NCBI GenBank assembly: GCA_004524445.1
Contig: SDNP01000027.1
Coordinates: 1-41,981 of the forward strand
Length of the DNA stretch: 41,981 nt
Direction: 5' to 3'
Source of the DNA: Candidatus Thorarchaeota archaeon
GTDB taxonomy: Archaea; Asgardarchaeota; Thorarchaeia; Thorarchaeales; Thorarchaeaceae
In this document: positions 9,188-19,813 of the stretch, in pieces
Numbering within the stretch: the stretch's first letter is position 1
How the letters are laid out: each line of letters begins with the position of its first letter
The notes under the pieces: model-generated
What the model saw: only the letters and a program-made list of their open reading frames with translations
Told to the model about the DNA's origin: nothing
Databases searched by the model: none
Translations under genes and position numbers: made by a program

Positions 9188-9631
9188 ATGACAAAAGTAT
9201 TCTCGACGACCCTAAATAGGACAGAGAAGGCAAAAATCCACGAAATAGGAATTAATGGCTCTCAGAAAGTGGATGTAGTCCCTCCACCAATGATGGCAGA
9301 CAATGAAGGAACTACGAGCCCTCATCATCTCTTCCTTGCATCTATTGGCGGTTGCATCAACCTGATTTTTGAAACAGCTTTAGAGCGCGGTAGAATTGAA
9401 CTCATTGATTTAGAATCAACAATAAAGGGAAATTATGAAACAGAAGAAGACACTCAGAGAAGTTATTTCTCTTCGGTTGAAATCGAAACAACTGTTACCG
9501 TTCCTGAAGGCACTTCGGAGAGCAAATTAGAGCGGTTCTTCAACATCGCCCACGAAAACTGCCCAATAGGGAACTGCTTGATTGGTTCCTGTGTGAAACT
9601 AATCACTAAATTGAATGTCGCCTTTGCTTAA
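9188..9631 (+). CDS. OsmC/Ohr-like family protein
   Basis: SPHHLFLASIGGC and ENCPIG cysteine motifs. Confidence 0.85.
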   Translation: MTKVFSTTLNRTEKAKIHEIGINGSQKVDVVPPPMMADNEGTTSPHHLFLASIGGCINLIFETALERGRIELIDLESTIKGNYETEEDTQRSYFSSVEIETTVTVPEGTSESKLERFFNIAHENCPIGNCLIGSCVKLITKLNVAFA

Positions 9632-9652
9632 TTGATTTAATGCATCCATTGA

Positions 9653-9682
9653 GAGGAGGTAAGCCCCCTCCTCACTTATTTT
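9653..9682 (+). terminator. Hairpin plus T-run after osmC
   Basis: GAGGAGG/CCTCCTC stem followed by TTATTTTT. Confidence 0.4.
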
Positions 9683-9746
9683 TCAAATAAAAGAGATAGG
9701 AAATAAACTGTGTATTACTCACAGTTAATTCTCTCAATTCGCAGTC

Positions 9747-11216
9747 ATGATTTGGCAGAAACATAAATCGGAGTCTGAAAGATTGCCCTCCATAATCAAG
9801 GAAATTGAATCCACTAGGGATCTACGGCCAGTAAGAGATCCATTCCAGAAAATAATAGGGCAACAGAAAGCAATATCGCTTGTAAAATCCGCAGTAGCCC
9901 AACGACGACATATTCTGCTTTGTGGTGTTCCGGGAATTGGAAAATCTATGATTGCAAAGGCCGCGCAATCATTGCTTTCCCCGCCAAAAACAGAGGTATA
10001 CATTCAGGAAAATGCGCCCCATCCTGAACGGCCGCAAGTTTTCATCCGTGAGCGAGATGACACTACAATTGAACGGTCAGCATCCAAGCCTTTCTATCAG
10101 TCATTCATCAGGCCGGAAGACTTGCCTTTCGAAATAGCTGTCAAAATGGGGCTGCGATGTCCAAGATGTAAAGCATTATGCTTACCAGAACAGAAAATCT
10201 GCATGGACTGTGGAAGTCCAAAGAGGAGCGAATGGCAACCATCAGATTCGTATCAGGGTCTTCTCCACGCGCTAGATGTCATCTCCGAACCCGCTCTTGA
10301 AACGCTCACGATTCCAGAAATTCTCGATGGAATCGAGTATCATACCAATTACAGACGTAGTGAGAGCCCCTCTATTACAGTATCTCGTACACCAGTTTCC
10401 GAAAAGATTGATGATGCCACGCAAGGACTTTCACAGAACTCCAAATTACTGATATCTCGTGATATGAATCGTTTTGTTTGTGTAAGTGGTAGAAGCCCCG
10501 CCGAGCTTCTAGGTGATGTGAAGCATGATCCATATGGTGCTGCAGAAGAGCTGGCTAAAGCCCCCTATGAACGCGTGGTCCCAGGTGCTATTCACGAAGC
10601 TCATGAAGGGATACTATACGTGGATGAATTGGCTGCGCTAGGTGAATATCAGAAGCATCTTCTAACGGCGATGCAAGATGGATTCTATCCGATACTGGGT
10701 CATAATCCACATAGCTCGGGTGCATCTATTCGGGTAGATGCTGTACCGTGCAACTTTATTCTCTTTGCGTCCTGTAACCCCGAAGACATTGAAAAAATAA
10801 TTCCCCCTCTTCGCTCCAGAATCCGCGGTTATGGCTACGAAATTATGCTGAATGCAACCATGGAACACAATTCTGAAAACGCATCGAAAATCATCAGGTT
10901 TGCAGCACAAACAATCTACGAGGATGGGCGCATCCCCCATATCTCTAGGGGGGGACTAGATGCGATAATTGATGTGGCAAGTGACATCGCCTATCATATT
11001 GATGGTCAAAAGGACGCGCTCACACTTCGCCTTCGAGAACTAGGTGGAGTAATCCGTGTCGCAGGTGACCTCACAGTTCAATCCGGTGAAGAGTTAATCA
11101 GCTCAACTCACGTTGAAGAGGCGAGGGAGCTGGTCTTCGGTTTAGAAGGCCAAATGTCTTTTGCAGGACTCTCTACTGCAAAACAACCTGAGCCTTACGG
11201 AGACTATTTCTTTTAA
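9747..11216 (+). CDS. LonB-type AAA+ ATPase without a protease domain, with a zinc-ribbon insertion
   Basis: IIGQ, Walker A GVPGIGKS, LLGDVKHDPYG, GAIHEAHEGILYVDE, LRSRIRGYG, LRLRELGG; CPRC...CMDC insertion; the ORF ends before any Ser-Lys protease domain. Confidence 0.88.
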   Translation: MIWQKHKSESERLPSIIKEIESTRDLRPVRDPFQKIIGQQKAISLVKSAVAQRRHILLCGVPGIGKSMIAKAAQSLLSPPKTEVYIQENAPHPERPQVFIRERDDTTIERSASKPFYQSFIRPEDLPFEIAVKMGLRCPRCKALCLPEQKICMDCGSPKRSEWQPSDSYQGLLHALDVISEPALETLTIPEILDGIEYHTNYRRSESPSITVSRTPVSEKIDDATQGLSQNSKLLISRDMNRFVCVSGRSPAELLGDVKHDPYGAAEELAKAPYERVVPGAIHEAHEGILYVDELAALGEYQKHLLTAMQDGFYPILGHNPHSSGASIRVDAVPCNFILFASCNPEDIEKIIPPLRSRIRGYGYEIMLNATMEHNSENASKIIRFAAQTIYEDGRIPHISRGGLDAIIDVASDIAYHIDGQKDALTLRLRELGGVIRVAGDLTVQSGEELISSTHVEEARELVFGLEGQMSFAGLSTAKQPEPYGDYFF

Positions 11217-11243
11217 ACAGCCGTTGATGTTCTTGGTGTTACA

Positions 11244-12329
11244 GTGAAAGTCCGGCGTTATCTAAAGGATGGAAAAGTCAAGATCAAGCTGGAATCTCTT
11301 GATGACCTTTGGCACTTGTACAATGTTCTCTCTCCTAATGACATAGTCATATCTAGAACAAGTCGCAGAATACGTATTGGAAATGATGATGCCAGGAAAC
11401 AAGAGAGTATTCGTAAGACCATGGTGTTGAAAATACAGGTTGAAGACGTTGCGTTCCACTCATTCTCCAATCGAGTTCGTATTAAAGGTACTATCCTTGA
11501 GGGGCCAGAGGACCTAGTTAGCATTGGTTCTTATCATACGTTCAATATGGAGGTCGGGAATAGCCTGACCATAATAAAGGAACATTGGCCTAAGTTTTCG
11601 TTGAAACGGTTAAAGCAGGCAGAGAATGCAAAAGAAAGTCCTCTTGCATTAATCATAATGATTGAAGACGGATCCGCTGAAATATTTCTCGCTGCAGACT
11701 TTGGCATAAGAGAGGCCGTTAGCATCACTACCAGCATTTCTCGAAAGAGAGGCAGCCAAAAGGCGCATGATGCTACCATGAGAGAGTTTTATGGTGATGT
11801 TACCATGGCCGTTCGCTCGCAACTTGAGCAAAACAAGCCCAATATTATCGTAATTGCAGGCCCCGGGTTCGTAAAAGATCATTTCAAGGACTATCTTCAA
11901 GACTCTGGCATCCCAAATCTTCCTCAAATTATGGTAGAGAGCACCAATTCAACGGGCGTTCCTGGAGCCAAAGAAATCCTTTATCGTGGAGTCATCTCCA
12001 AAGCTGTTCAAGGAATAAAGCTCGAAAAGGAAACACAACTCATGGAAGAGATTTTGTCAAATGTGGCCAAGGGCAATGGACTTGGAGCTTATGGGCCAGA
12101 GGAGGTTCAACGCGCTGTGCAATATGGTGCTGTAGAAGAACTATTAATTACAGATAAGAAACTGCGTGAAGGATCAGAGGAAGAACGTCATCGCATGGAT
12201 CAACTGATTCGGGATACAGAGAAAAGTCGTGGCAACTTCCATATTGTTTCAACAGAACATCCCGCCGGAGACCAGCTTGAAAATCTTGGTGGAATTGCGG
12301 CACTTCTACGCTTTTCCATTGGTGTCTAG
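11244..12329 (+). CDS. pelA: mRNA surveillance protein Pelota
   Basis: ESLDDLWHL, GSYHT, AGPGF, GGIAALLRF. Confidence 0.96.
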   Translation: MKVRRYLKDGKVKIKLESLDDLWHLYNVLSPNDIVISRTSRRIRIGNDDARKQESIRKTMVLKIQVEDVAFHSFSNRVRIKGTILEGPEDLVSIGSYHTFNMEVGNSLTIIKEHWPKFSLKRLKQAENAKESPLALIIMIEDGSAEIFLAADFGIREAVSITTSISRKRGSQKAHDATMREFYGDVTMAVRSQLEQNKPNIIVIAGPGFVKDHFKDYLQDSGIPNLPQIMVESTNSTGVPGAKEILYRGVISKAVQGIKLEKETQLMEEILSNVAKGNGLGAYGPEEVQRAVQYGAVEELLITDKKLREGSEEERHRMDQLIRDTEKSRGNFHIVSTEHPAGDQLENLGGIAALLRFSIGV

Positions 12330-13441
12330 ACCGGTTCAAATAGTACCTGTAATCGATCCCATGACGGATATTCGTGTGCTATTCCCATTTCAATGGGCAA
12401 GGCATCAGATAATTCATCTTTGAGTTCTTCTGCAATGGTCTCTAGAATCCAGGGAGCAATCTCTATTCTGTTTCGGTTTTCGTCCAAGTTGACTAAATCT
12501 GGAGGCACATCGAATTTTTGGCGTACTATCTCCAATATCCCAAGCAAATCGTTCATGTTCATCGATTTGCCATGCTCTGCCCTGATGACTCCCAGAACAA
12601 CAATTGGTTCTTCCTCCTCTTTCTCTTCGAGGGTACGAATGGTTCTGTCAAGTCTTCTCTCAAGTCGCGTTCTGAGTTGAACTATGTCCTTAAATTTCGC
12701 AGAACAAAAATGCAACGAAGTATACTCCAGTTCTTTGCTTCCCCATTCTAATATGGAGATGGCTGTTTCCTTGCTCCCAGCAATACTTGAACTACTCAAA
12801 TTCGTCAGACGCATTCCCATGGATATCAACTTCTGGAAATTCGTTTCACTAGTTTCCAATTCATTAATGTTGAAGAAGTCAATCTTCATATCGTCTGCTC
12901 TCTTCGCTGTTTCAATCAATTTCTCTTTCTCACCTGGTATTGCGGGCAATTCCAACCCTGTTACCATACCTAACGAGAGTGCATGTTCAATACCAGACCA
13001 ATCGTTATCTTGGGGGTGGAATCTTATCTCATCAAGTCCAGCAGATTGCAGTTGCTTTAGTGTATCTATATCCACCTTATTCTGACTGGTATAGAGATGA
13101 ATATGAAATTCTTCACCAAATTTCTCCTTTAAAAAAGAGATGTATGTGAGAGTGCGATCAAGTCTGCAGAGTGGGTCTCCTCCACTAACTCCAACACCAT
13201 GAGCTCCGATTGCGTTTGCTTCTTCAATAATATCAATTGCTGTTTCTACAGGCATTTCATCAGCAAACACAACATCTTTTCCTCCTTTCTCCTGAGATAA
13301 AGGGCAATAGTAACAAGAACTGTCACAGAGTCCAGTGACAAACAGGACCATTTTGGTTCCACTTGAACAGAGTTTACAACCTTTAGGCAAATCTCCAACT
13401 AATAGTGAATCGCCCTGTAGTTTTCGAACAGTCCTTTTCAT
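12326..13441 (-). CDS. Radical SAM protein (COG2108-like)
   Basis: LPKGCKLC, FVTGLCDSSCYYCP, DEIRFHP. Confidence 0.9.
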   Translation of the reverse strand: MKRTVRKLQGDSLLVGDLPKGCKLCSSGTKMVLFVTGLCDSSCYYCPLSQEKGGKDVVFADEMPVETAIDIIEEANAIGAHGVGVSGGDPLCRLDRTLTYISFLKEKFGEEFHIHLYTSQNKVDIDTLKQLQSAGLDEIRFHPQDNDWSGIEHALSLGMVTGLELPAIPGEKEKLIETAKRADDMKIDFFNINELETSETNFQKLISMGMRLTNLSSSSIAGSKETAISILEWGSKELEYTSLHFCSAKFKDIVQLRTRLERRLDRTIRTLEEKEEEEPIVVLGVIRAEHGKSMNMNDLLGILEIVRQKFDVPPDLVNLDENRNRIEIAPWILETIAEELKDELSDALPIEMGIAHEYPSWDRLQVLFEPV

Positions 13442-13447
13442 CTTTCA

Positions 13448-14146
13448 TCATGCTCTTCTTTTCATAGTCCGTCGAATAGCTGGATCTCTGTCTATGAGTT
13501 GTTTTGCCACTTCCTCGAAGCTCCGATTCTCTTCCACTACCTTGGACAAATATACCCCCGTTCTTCCTACTTCATCCCTGCGGGTCAGAACTCTAACGCG
13601 TTCCTTTGCCACTGATGGACTAACTCCCAGTTTCTTGGCCACACGATTCTCGTATCCGATAACCCCACTCTCAATATGTCCTTTCTGTGTGGGTTGAATT
13701 AGAATCAGTCTCTTATCAACGCCTGGCACCCTTTTTTTACTTGCAATTTTCTCCTCGTCAACTTGTCCTCCCCACTTGTAGAACTCAATTTCTCTACTCA
13801 TCATTTTGAAGAGAGGGAAACTGATGACCGTTTTTTGGTCTAAATGAATATGAGCCTTTAGAACCGAAGAGGGGGTTGCTTGAACAATCTCTCTTAGTAT
13901 CCCTCTTCCGAGTACCATCTCTATCTTATAGCTAGGGACAACATAGGGAATTATGATGTCAATATCAGATGATTCAGTCACATCTCCTCGTGCTAGCGAC
14001 CCATATGCCCAGCCACGAATGTTTACACTTTTTGCTTTTTCAAGCACTTGCAACGCTCTTTCTCTGAGGTGAGCTAACAGCTCCCACTTATCTTCACTAT
14101 ATACGACAGTTCTTTGCTCATGAAGCTCTTCGGGTTTTTCTGTCAA
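13448..14146 (-). CDS. Nucleotidyltransferase (COG2413-like)
   Basis: YGSLARGDVTESSDIDI, RVPGVDKRL, GRTGVYL. Confidence 0.88.
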   Translation of the reverse strand: MTEKPEELHEQRTVVYSEDKWELLAHLRERALQVLEKAKSVNIRGWAYGSLARGDVTESSDIDIIIPYVVPSYKIEMVLGRGILREIVQATPSSVLKAHIHLDQKTVISFPLFKMMSREIEFYKWGGQVDEEKIASKKRVPGVDKRLILIQPTQKGHIESGVIGYENRVAKKLGVSPSVAKERVRVLTRRDEVGRTGVYLSKVVEENRSFEEVAKQLIDRDPAIRRTMKRRA

Positions 14147-14159
14147 TTATTGTATCCTC

Positions 14160-15098
14160 TCACTCACCACGAATTTCTTTGAGCATCTGACAGGCTTTAC
14201 AGAGAACGGATGGTGTGGGCTCTCCGCATTCGATGCATTCCGAGAACTCGATGCTCCTGGACTCCTGGGTAACCATATTTGCAATAGATTCGCCAGACCG
14301 AAGTACTGCCAGAAGTGTACCCGGTCGTTCGTACTCCATTTTATTGAGAAAATTCCGTACATCATTACGGTACGCCTCAGACGCATAGGGGCATGGAACA
14401 TCATGATACGGCAGCATTAAATGATACGAGTACGCCACAATATCCCTCTCTGAAATCTCCGTTAGGGGTTTAACTCTTGGAACAAAGCCCTCGATGGAAT
14501 CTTCTCTTCTTCGTGACGTTCGTGAAATGCGAATACTCTCTCCACGCAGTATGTTCATTAGAATTGTTTGGGACTCATCATCCAGATTATGCCCTGTGGT
14601 GACAACATCTGCATTCAAATCCTTTGCGGCCATATTGAGCGCATATCTCCTGAGAACACCACAGTATGAACATGCACCAAGAGCATCATCACCCCGCGCA
14701 TCGATTATCTCATCAAGCGTATTGCCAAATAACTCCTTGAACGAATAAACCTCAAGACTGAGAGTCAATGAAGAAGAGAGTCTCCTTGCTGCTTCCAACG
14801 CTTTATCTCTATAGCCCAAGATACCTTCATCAATTGTAAGAGGAACTAATTCTGCATGAGGATATCTTCTCTCTATCTTATGTAAAACATCAAGCAATAC
14901 TGCACTGTCCTTTCCCCCAGATATGGCGACGGCAATTCTATCATCTTCTCGAAGCATCTGTTGCGCATTGATTGTTTTTCTCACCCGGTCTATAGTTGTG
15001 TTAACCATGCAGTCTCGGCATAATCGCTCTCCAGTGTATCTTCTGAGATAGACCGCCTCATTGTTACATTTTGAGCAGGTGACTTGCATGTGATTCAT
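14160..15098 (-). CDS. ncsA: tRNA 2-thiolation protein, NcsA/Ctu1 (TIGR00269) family
   Basis: N- and C-terminal Zn fingers, SGGKDS PP-loop, CSYCGVLRR, TGHNLDDE, CPYA. Confidence 0.9.
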   Translation of the reverse strand: MNHMQVTCSKCNNEAVYLRRYTGERLCRDCMVNTTIDRVRKTINAQQMLREDDRIAVAISGGKDSAVLLDVLHKIERRYPHAELVPLTIDEGILGYRDKALEAARRLSSSLTLSLEVYSFKELFGNTLDEIIDARGDDALGACSYCGVLRRYALNMAAKDLNADVVTTGHNLDDESQTILMNILRGESIRISRTSRRREDSIEGFVPRVKPLTEISERDIVAYSYHLMLPYHDVPCPYASEAYRNDVRNFLNKMEYERPGTLLAVLRSGESIANMVTQESRSIEFSECIECGEPTPSVLCKACQMLKEIRGE

Positions 15099-15188
15099 CT
15101 CCTACAGAGAATATTCTGAAAAATTACTGTTAAAACTGGTCAGGTATGATGCTAATTACGCCAACATACCTCCCTCTAGTTTTGCACC

Positions 15189-16355
15189 TTAGAATAGACC
15201 CTTCCCCATTACAAGTGAGAGGATGATACTAAGTAATACAATACCAAGTGAAAGTATTCTCATAGGCCAGATAATTCGCTTGACTGTAGTTTCATCATCT
15301 GTAATAAGTCGAAGCCCGTTCTGTAGCATTCGATCTCCATCAAGAGCTGGGATGGGGAGAAGGTTGAACAGCGCCACTGAGAATAAAATCAGAAAACACC
15401 AGAATACAACCTGCTGAAAATGGAATGCAAACATAGGATCAAGGAAAAGACTCCAGCCCGGTTTAGGTTTCCAATAATCAGCGCCATAGACTCCAATATA
15501 CCCCCTCGTTTCATTTTGGTCCGATGAACCTAATACCACAGTAACGCTTTCTTCAAGCGTAACAATGGTGAGAGTATCACCTGCATTGGCATCCGCCATG
15601 AATTGTGAAACTTCATTCCAAGTTTCAATGGTGGTATCATTCAGGCCGATGATAACATCACCCACCTCCAAGGCCTCTGCAGCTGGAGTTCCTGGTGCAA
15701 TATCGTAGATATATGCTCCGCTGGGGGGATTGTATCCTATCGATAGAACCGCGGGCATATTAATTAGCAGTATGAAAAAGAAGAAGCCCCAAATGAGATT
15801 AGAGTAAGAACCTGCAGCTAACATGCGCAGTCTAGATTTCGGACCGACTTTTTCTTCGAATGTTTCTTCATCTGGTTCCACAAATGCACCAAATAAGACC
15901 AGAAAGAATAGCAATCCCGAGCTCTTTATGGGAATATCATCCTTTGCTGAGGCTAAACCATGAGCAAACTCATGAGTAACGAGCGTGATTGCCAAGGCAA
16001 TTATCATATACACCAGAGGAAGGCCAGTGATAGTGACGCCGGGAATAATCGGAACTACTCCTCCTGCAGTTTCGGGTTGGAAGAAGAACCTTAGCAAATT
16101 CTCTCCAAACATATAGAATCCAAATCCCATCCCTACAAAACTTACGACCACCCCTATGTTGAAAAAAGCACGTGGGAATTTCTTTCCAAGCCGGGTAAGA
16201 AACGCGTTTAGACGTTCTGTCTTCCACATCAAGAAAAATGGTGTGCCTGCCTCGACTCCCTTCTCACTAAGCTTGTCAATCCCGATTGCCTGTGCCACTA
16301 TATAGATGACAAGGTAAATCCCAAAGATGATCAGGAAGGTGGTCACAATATCCAT
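15189..16355 (-). CDS. Site-2 protease (M50) with a PDZ domain
   Basis: HEFAH, GAFVEPD, NLLPIPALDG, PDZ-like segment, multiple TMs. Confidence 0.93.
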   Translation of the reverse strand: MDIVTTFLIIFGIYLVIYIVAQAIGIDKLSEKGVEAGTPFFLMWKTERLNAFLTRLGKKFPRAFFNIGVVVSFVGMGFGFYMFGENLLRFFFQPETAGGVVPIIPGVTITGLPLVYMIIALAITLVTHEFAHGLASAKDDIPIKSSGLLFFLVLFGAFVEPDEETFEEKVGPKSRLRMLAAGSYSNLIWGFFFFILLINMPAVLSIGYNPPSGAYIYDIAPGTPAAEALEVGDVIIGLNDTTIETWNEVSQFMADANAGDTLTIVTLEESVTVVLGSSDQNETRGYIGVYGADYWKPKPGWSLFLDPMFAFHFQQVVFWCFLILFSVALFNLLPIPALDGDRMLQNGLRLITDDETTVKRIIWPMRILSLGIVLLSIILSLVMGKGLF

Positions 16356-16565
16356 ATATATTCACTTCATTTTGCCTGAGGCGTTGAGAAACGGCCTTTG
16401 ATGCATCTAATAATGATTGCGTACTAGGAGATTTCCGGGGCTAAGGAAAAGGCTCCAGTATGACAAGTCAAGCTAGACCACAATCCTCATAAAGTGAACT
16501 CTAGACTCTCCGATTTGTCCGATATGTGGACGGTCATAACAACTCCAAAGTAGGCGGAAGTACAA

Positions 16566-16949
16566 TTGCCATTTAAACTTGTAATCAGTGACCCCGAAAC
16601 TGCAACTGCTGTGCAGTATGAATTAGATGATGCGAAGACAAATTCCCTAATTGGCAAGAAGGTGGGAGAAGTCGTGGAAGGAGATGTTATAGGCCTGCCC
16701 GGTTACAAACTGAAGATTACAGGCGGCAGTGATAGTTCAGGATTTCCTATTCGGCCTGATATGCATGGCAGAGGCAAGAGAAGAATATTGGTTAGAGGAC
16801 CACCAGGTTTTCGGCCAAAGAGAGAGGGCATCGCACGACGAAAAACGGTACGCGGCAGTGAACTGGGAAATGAAATCTCGCAAGTCAATATGCGTGTTGA
16901 AGAAAAGGGAAGCACGCCTCTGGAAGAACTTGTCATCAAAGCCGCCTGA
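16566..16949 (+). CDS. rps6e: 30S ribosomal protein eS6
   Basis: KLVISDP, LKITGGSDSSGFP, RRKTVRG. Confidence 0.96.
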   Translation: MPFKLVISDPETATAVQYELDDAKTNSLIGKKVGEVVEGDVIGLPGYKLKITGGSDSSGFPIRPDMHGRGKRRILVRGPPGFRPKREGIARRKTVRGSELGNEISQVNMRVEEKGSTPLEELVIKAA

Positions 16950-17085
16950 ATTTAACCTATTCATCCCTTCCCGGACCAGACTCTGGAGAGTATCTTAGCA
17001 ACTTACCGTATCGCGAAATCCATATCTTCTTATGCGAAACTTTGAACTGACCTCAATAGGCCGTGTACGTGGAAGTGAACAACAG

Positions 17086-18324
17086 GTGACCAAATACAAA
17101 GGACAATCAGAGGTAAACATCGGTGCACTTGGTCATGTTGACCATGGAAAGACCACAATGGTGAGTTACCTGACTGGTGAATGGACAGATCGCCACTCTG
17201 ACGAAGTAAGGCGCGGGATTTCCATTAGGCTGGGATATGCCGCAACAGTTCTTCAAAAATGTAAGAAGTGCTCTGAACCAGAAGCCTATACAACATCTCA
17301 TTTGGCTAAGGATGGAAAGTGTCCCAAATGTGGCGGTGAGTTGGAAGTGTTACGCGAAATATCGTTCGTAGACAGCCCGGGTCACGAATCACTTATGGCA
17401 ACGTGCCTAAGCGGTGCCAGCTTAATGGATGGTGCCATTCTAGTTATTGCAGCGGACGAACCTTGTCCTATGCCTCAAACCTCTGAGCATCTGCATGCTT
17501 TGGAAATTGTTGGTGTCAAAAACATCATTATCGTTCAGAATAAGATTGAATTAGTCACAAAGGAGGAGGCAAAGGAGCACTACAAACAAATCAAGGATTT
17601 TGTGAAAGGCACCGTTGCTGAGAACGCACCGATCATTCCCTTTTCTGCTATATTCGGGGCAAACCACGACCTTCTTATCCAGAAAATTCAGGAGGTCATT
17701 CCTACTCCCGAACGAGAAGAAGATGCACCGCCAAAAATGTTTGTTGCACGATCCTTCGATATTAACCGACCGGGAACTGGACCAGATGATTTGCAGGGTG
17801 GAGTGGTAGGCGGATCAATAGTACAGGGTAAGCTTAGTGTGGGGGATAGCATTGAGATTGCACCGGGTGCACGGACCGATAAGGGATTTGAGCCCATCGA
17901 GGCAAATATCCTGAGTCTACGCTCGGGAAGTGGTAACAAATTAGATGAAGCCCACCCAGGGGGACTCATAGGGGTTGGAACAAGATTAGATCCATCTGCG
18001 ACACGAGCCGACCGATTGGTGGGCAATGTCGTAGGGCAGGCTGGGAAGATTTCAAAACCGATTGAAAAAATTATGATTGAACCACACCTCATGGAACGCG
18101 TTGTTGGTTCAGAATCAAAAAGAGCTGTAGAAAATCTACGACTTAATGAACCGCTAATGCTTGTTGTGGGAACTGCTGCCACTGTCGGTGTCATAACGAG
18201 ACTTCATGGCGACGAAATTGAGCTTTCTCTGAAAAGGCCTGTTGTGGCTGAAGAAGGTCAGAGAGTCGCCATTGGCCGCCGAGTTGAGAACAAGTGGCGT
18301 CTGATAGGTTATGCCGAAATATAG
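17086..18324 (+). CDS. eif2g: Translation initiation factor 2 gamma subunit (GTG start inferred)
   Basis: [34 protein letters not shown], Zn ribbon, WRLIGY. Confidence 0.97.
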   Translation: MTKYKGQSEVNIGALGHVDHGKTTMVSYLTGEWTDRHSDEVRRGISIRLGYAATVLQKCKKCSEPEAYTTSHLAKDGKCPKCGGELEVLREISFVDSPGHESLMATCLSGASLMDGAILVIAADEPCPMPQTSEHLHALEIVGVKNIIIVQNKIELVTKEEAKEHYKQIKDFVKGTVAENAPIIPFSAIFGANHDLLIQKIQEVIPTPEREEDAPPKMFVARSFDINRPGTGPDDLQGGVVGGSIVQGKLSVGDSIEIAPGARTDKGFEPIEANILSLRSGSGNKLDEAHPGGLIGVGTRLDPSATRADRLVGNVVGQAGKISKPIEKIMIEPHLMERVVGSESKRAVENLRLNEPLMLVVGTAATVGVITRLHGDEIELSLKRPVVAEEGQRVAIGRRVENKWRLIGYAEI

Positions 18325-18339
18325 GCGTACAACGGGCGC

Positions 18340-18756
18340 GTGAAGGTTGTGCCGAAAGAAGTAATAATTGATACTAATTTCCTCACTGTACCTTCTCAAT
18401 TTAATGTAGATATTTTTTCAGAAGCGGAACGACTTTTGGAGGGACGGCTTGAGTATGTGGTTCTGACTGGGTCCTTGGAAGAAATTGAGAAAAAACTAGC
18501 ACAAGCAACAAAAGTCAAAGAAAAACGGAAATTCCGAATGGCAAAAGATTTAGCAGCCCGATGCCAAATTGTTGAGCCAGATGCAAGGATTGCACGCCAG
18601 TCAGTGGATGACCAGATACTGGAGTATGCAGCTTCTGTATCGGGGGTAATTGCTACAAACGACCGAGAACTCAGACAACGTGCAATAAGAAAAAACATCC
18701 CTGTTATTTTCCTCAGAGGGAAAAAGCGACTGAGTCTTGAAGGTCTTGTTTTGTGA
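18340..18756 (+). CDS. PIN domain protein (Fcf1/Utp24-like)
   Basis: IIDTNFL, VDDQI, ATNDRELR; usual position after eIF2gamma. Confidence 0.9.
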   Translation: MKVVPKEVIIDTNFLTVPSQFNVDIFSEAERLLEGRLEYVVLTGSLEEIEKKLAQATKVKEKRKFRMAKDLAARCQIVEPDARIARQSVDDQILEYAASVSGVIATNDRELRQRAIRKNIPVIFLRGKKRLSLEGLVL

Positions 18757-18885
18757 TACGTGTCACAAGTTTTTTATGGACTCCAAGTTGTGGCAGCGAT
18801 GAGCCGGCGTATTCAGTCTCAACTAGGTTATCACCGAGATCTGATTGTTCTGCGATTAATCCATTGATTCAAGGAGCCTCTCCAA

Positions 18886-19479
18886 ATGTATTCAGTTGTA
18901 ACAGTACGTGACGTTGTTCGAATTCCTCCCAAGGAATTTGGCGAGCCTATAGAAAAGGCTGCACTCATCCACTTACGCAAGTCAAGTGAAAATGTACTTG
19001 ACCGTGATATTGGATTAATGATTTCAGTGATAGGCATAGATGAGATTGGACAAGGACGTTTAATGCCAGGCGATGGTGCAACCTATCATACCGTCGAGTA
19101 TGAGGTTCTGGTTTTCAAACCGGTACGCGGTGAGATTGTTGAAGGAAACGTTGTTGAACTAATGGATTTTGGTGCATTCATTAGAATGGGGCCTCTTGAT
19201 GGTCTCTGTCACGTGAGTCAAATCTGTGACGACTTTATCACTCAAGATCCGAAAGGCAACACCTTGCTGGGAAAAGAAACACAACGTACGCTCTCAGAGG
19301 GCGATCAAGTCCGCGCTAGAATAACATCCATAAGTTTTGAGTCTGGTAATCGATCTGGCAAGCTCGGTCTAACTATGCGCCAACCGTTCTTGGGCAAAAT
19401 CGGCCCTGATGTTTCATGGATAGAAGAAGATGTCGAATCTGCGCGGGGCGAGAGCAAAAAAGAGAAAAAGAAGAAATAG
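18886..19479 (+). CDS. rpo7: RNA polymerase subunit Rpo7 (E')
   Basis: VRIPP, GDGATY, S1 domain FGAFIRMGPLDGLCHVSQI, LTMRQPFLGK. Confidence 0.96.
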   Translation: MYSVVTVRDVVRIPPKEFGEPIEKAALIHLRKSSENVLDRDIGLMISVIGIDEIGQGRLMPGDGATYHTVEYEVLVFKPVRGEIVEGNVVELMDFGAFIRMGPLDGLCHVSQICDDFITQDPKGNTLLGKETQRTLSEGDQVRARITSISFESGNRSGKLGLTMRQPFLGKIGPDVSWIEEDVESARGESKKEKKKK

Positions 19480-19497
19480 AATTGAGTTGGAGATACG

Positions 19498-19710
19498 ATG
19501 GCGAAACCAAAAGCATGCCGTGAGTGTCATTATCTCACCACAGAAAACATGTGCCCAAATTGTAATAGTACGAACCTATCAACCTCGTATACTGGTATTG
19601 TAGTCATTCTACCAGGGAGGACTCCCAATGAAGACCCGAGAAACACCTCCTATGTTGCAGACCGACTAAACATCTCCAAACCTGGAAAATACGCCCTTAA
19701 GGTTAGATAG
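19498..19710 (+). CDS. spt4: Transcription elongation factor Spt4 (RpoE'')
   Basis: KACRECH...CPNC...PGKYALKVR. Confidence 0.95.
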   Translation: MAKPKACRECHYLTTENMCPNCNSTNLSTSYTGIVVILPGRTPNEDPRNTSYVADRLNISKPGKYALKVR

Positions 19711-19813
19711 TAATCACATCGTTTTCTTGACGGTGGTGAAAGCTTTATTAGCCGACTCCAAGTCGGCTTCGTGTCACATCCTGTTGGTGACATATTTTCA
19801 GAGTGTGAAAAGA

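Noticed and set aside
17688-18194. Long antisense ORFs (also 37016..37555, 38879..39367 and similar)
   Set aside because: They are shadows of well-supported genes on the opposite strand and have no motifs.
18796-18845. C/D box sRNA (GCGATGA...CTGA) before rpo7
   Set aside because: Imperfect box C, no clear C'/D' boxes, and no target identified by eye.
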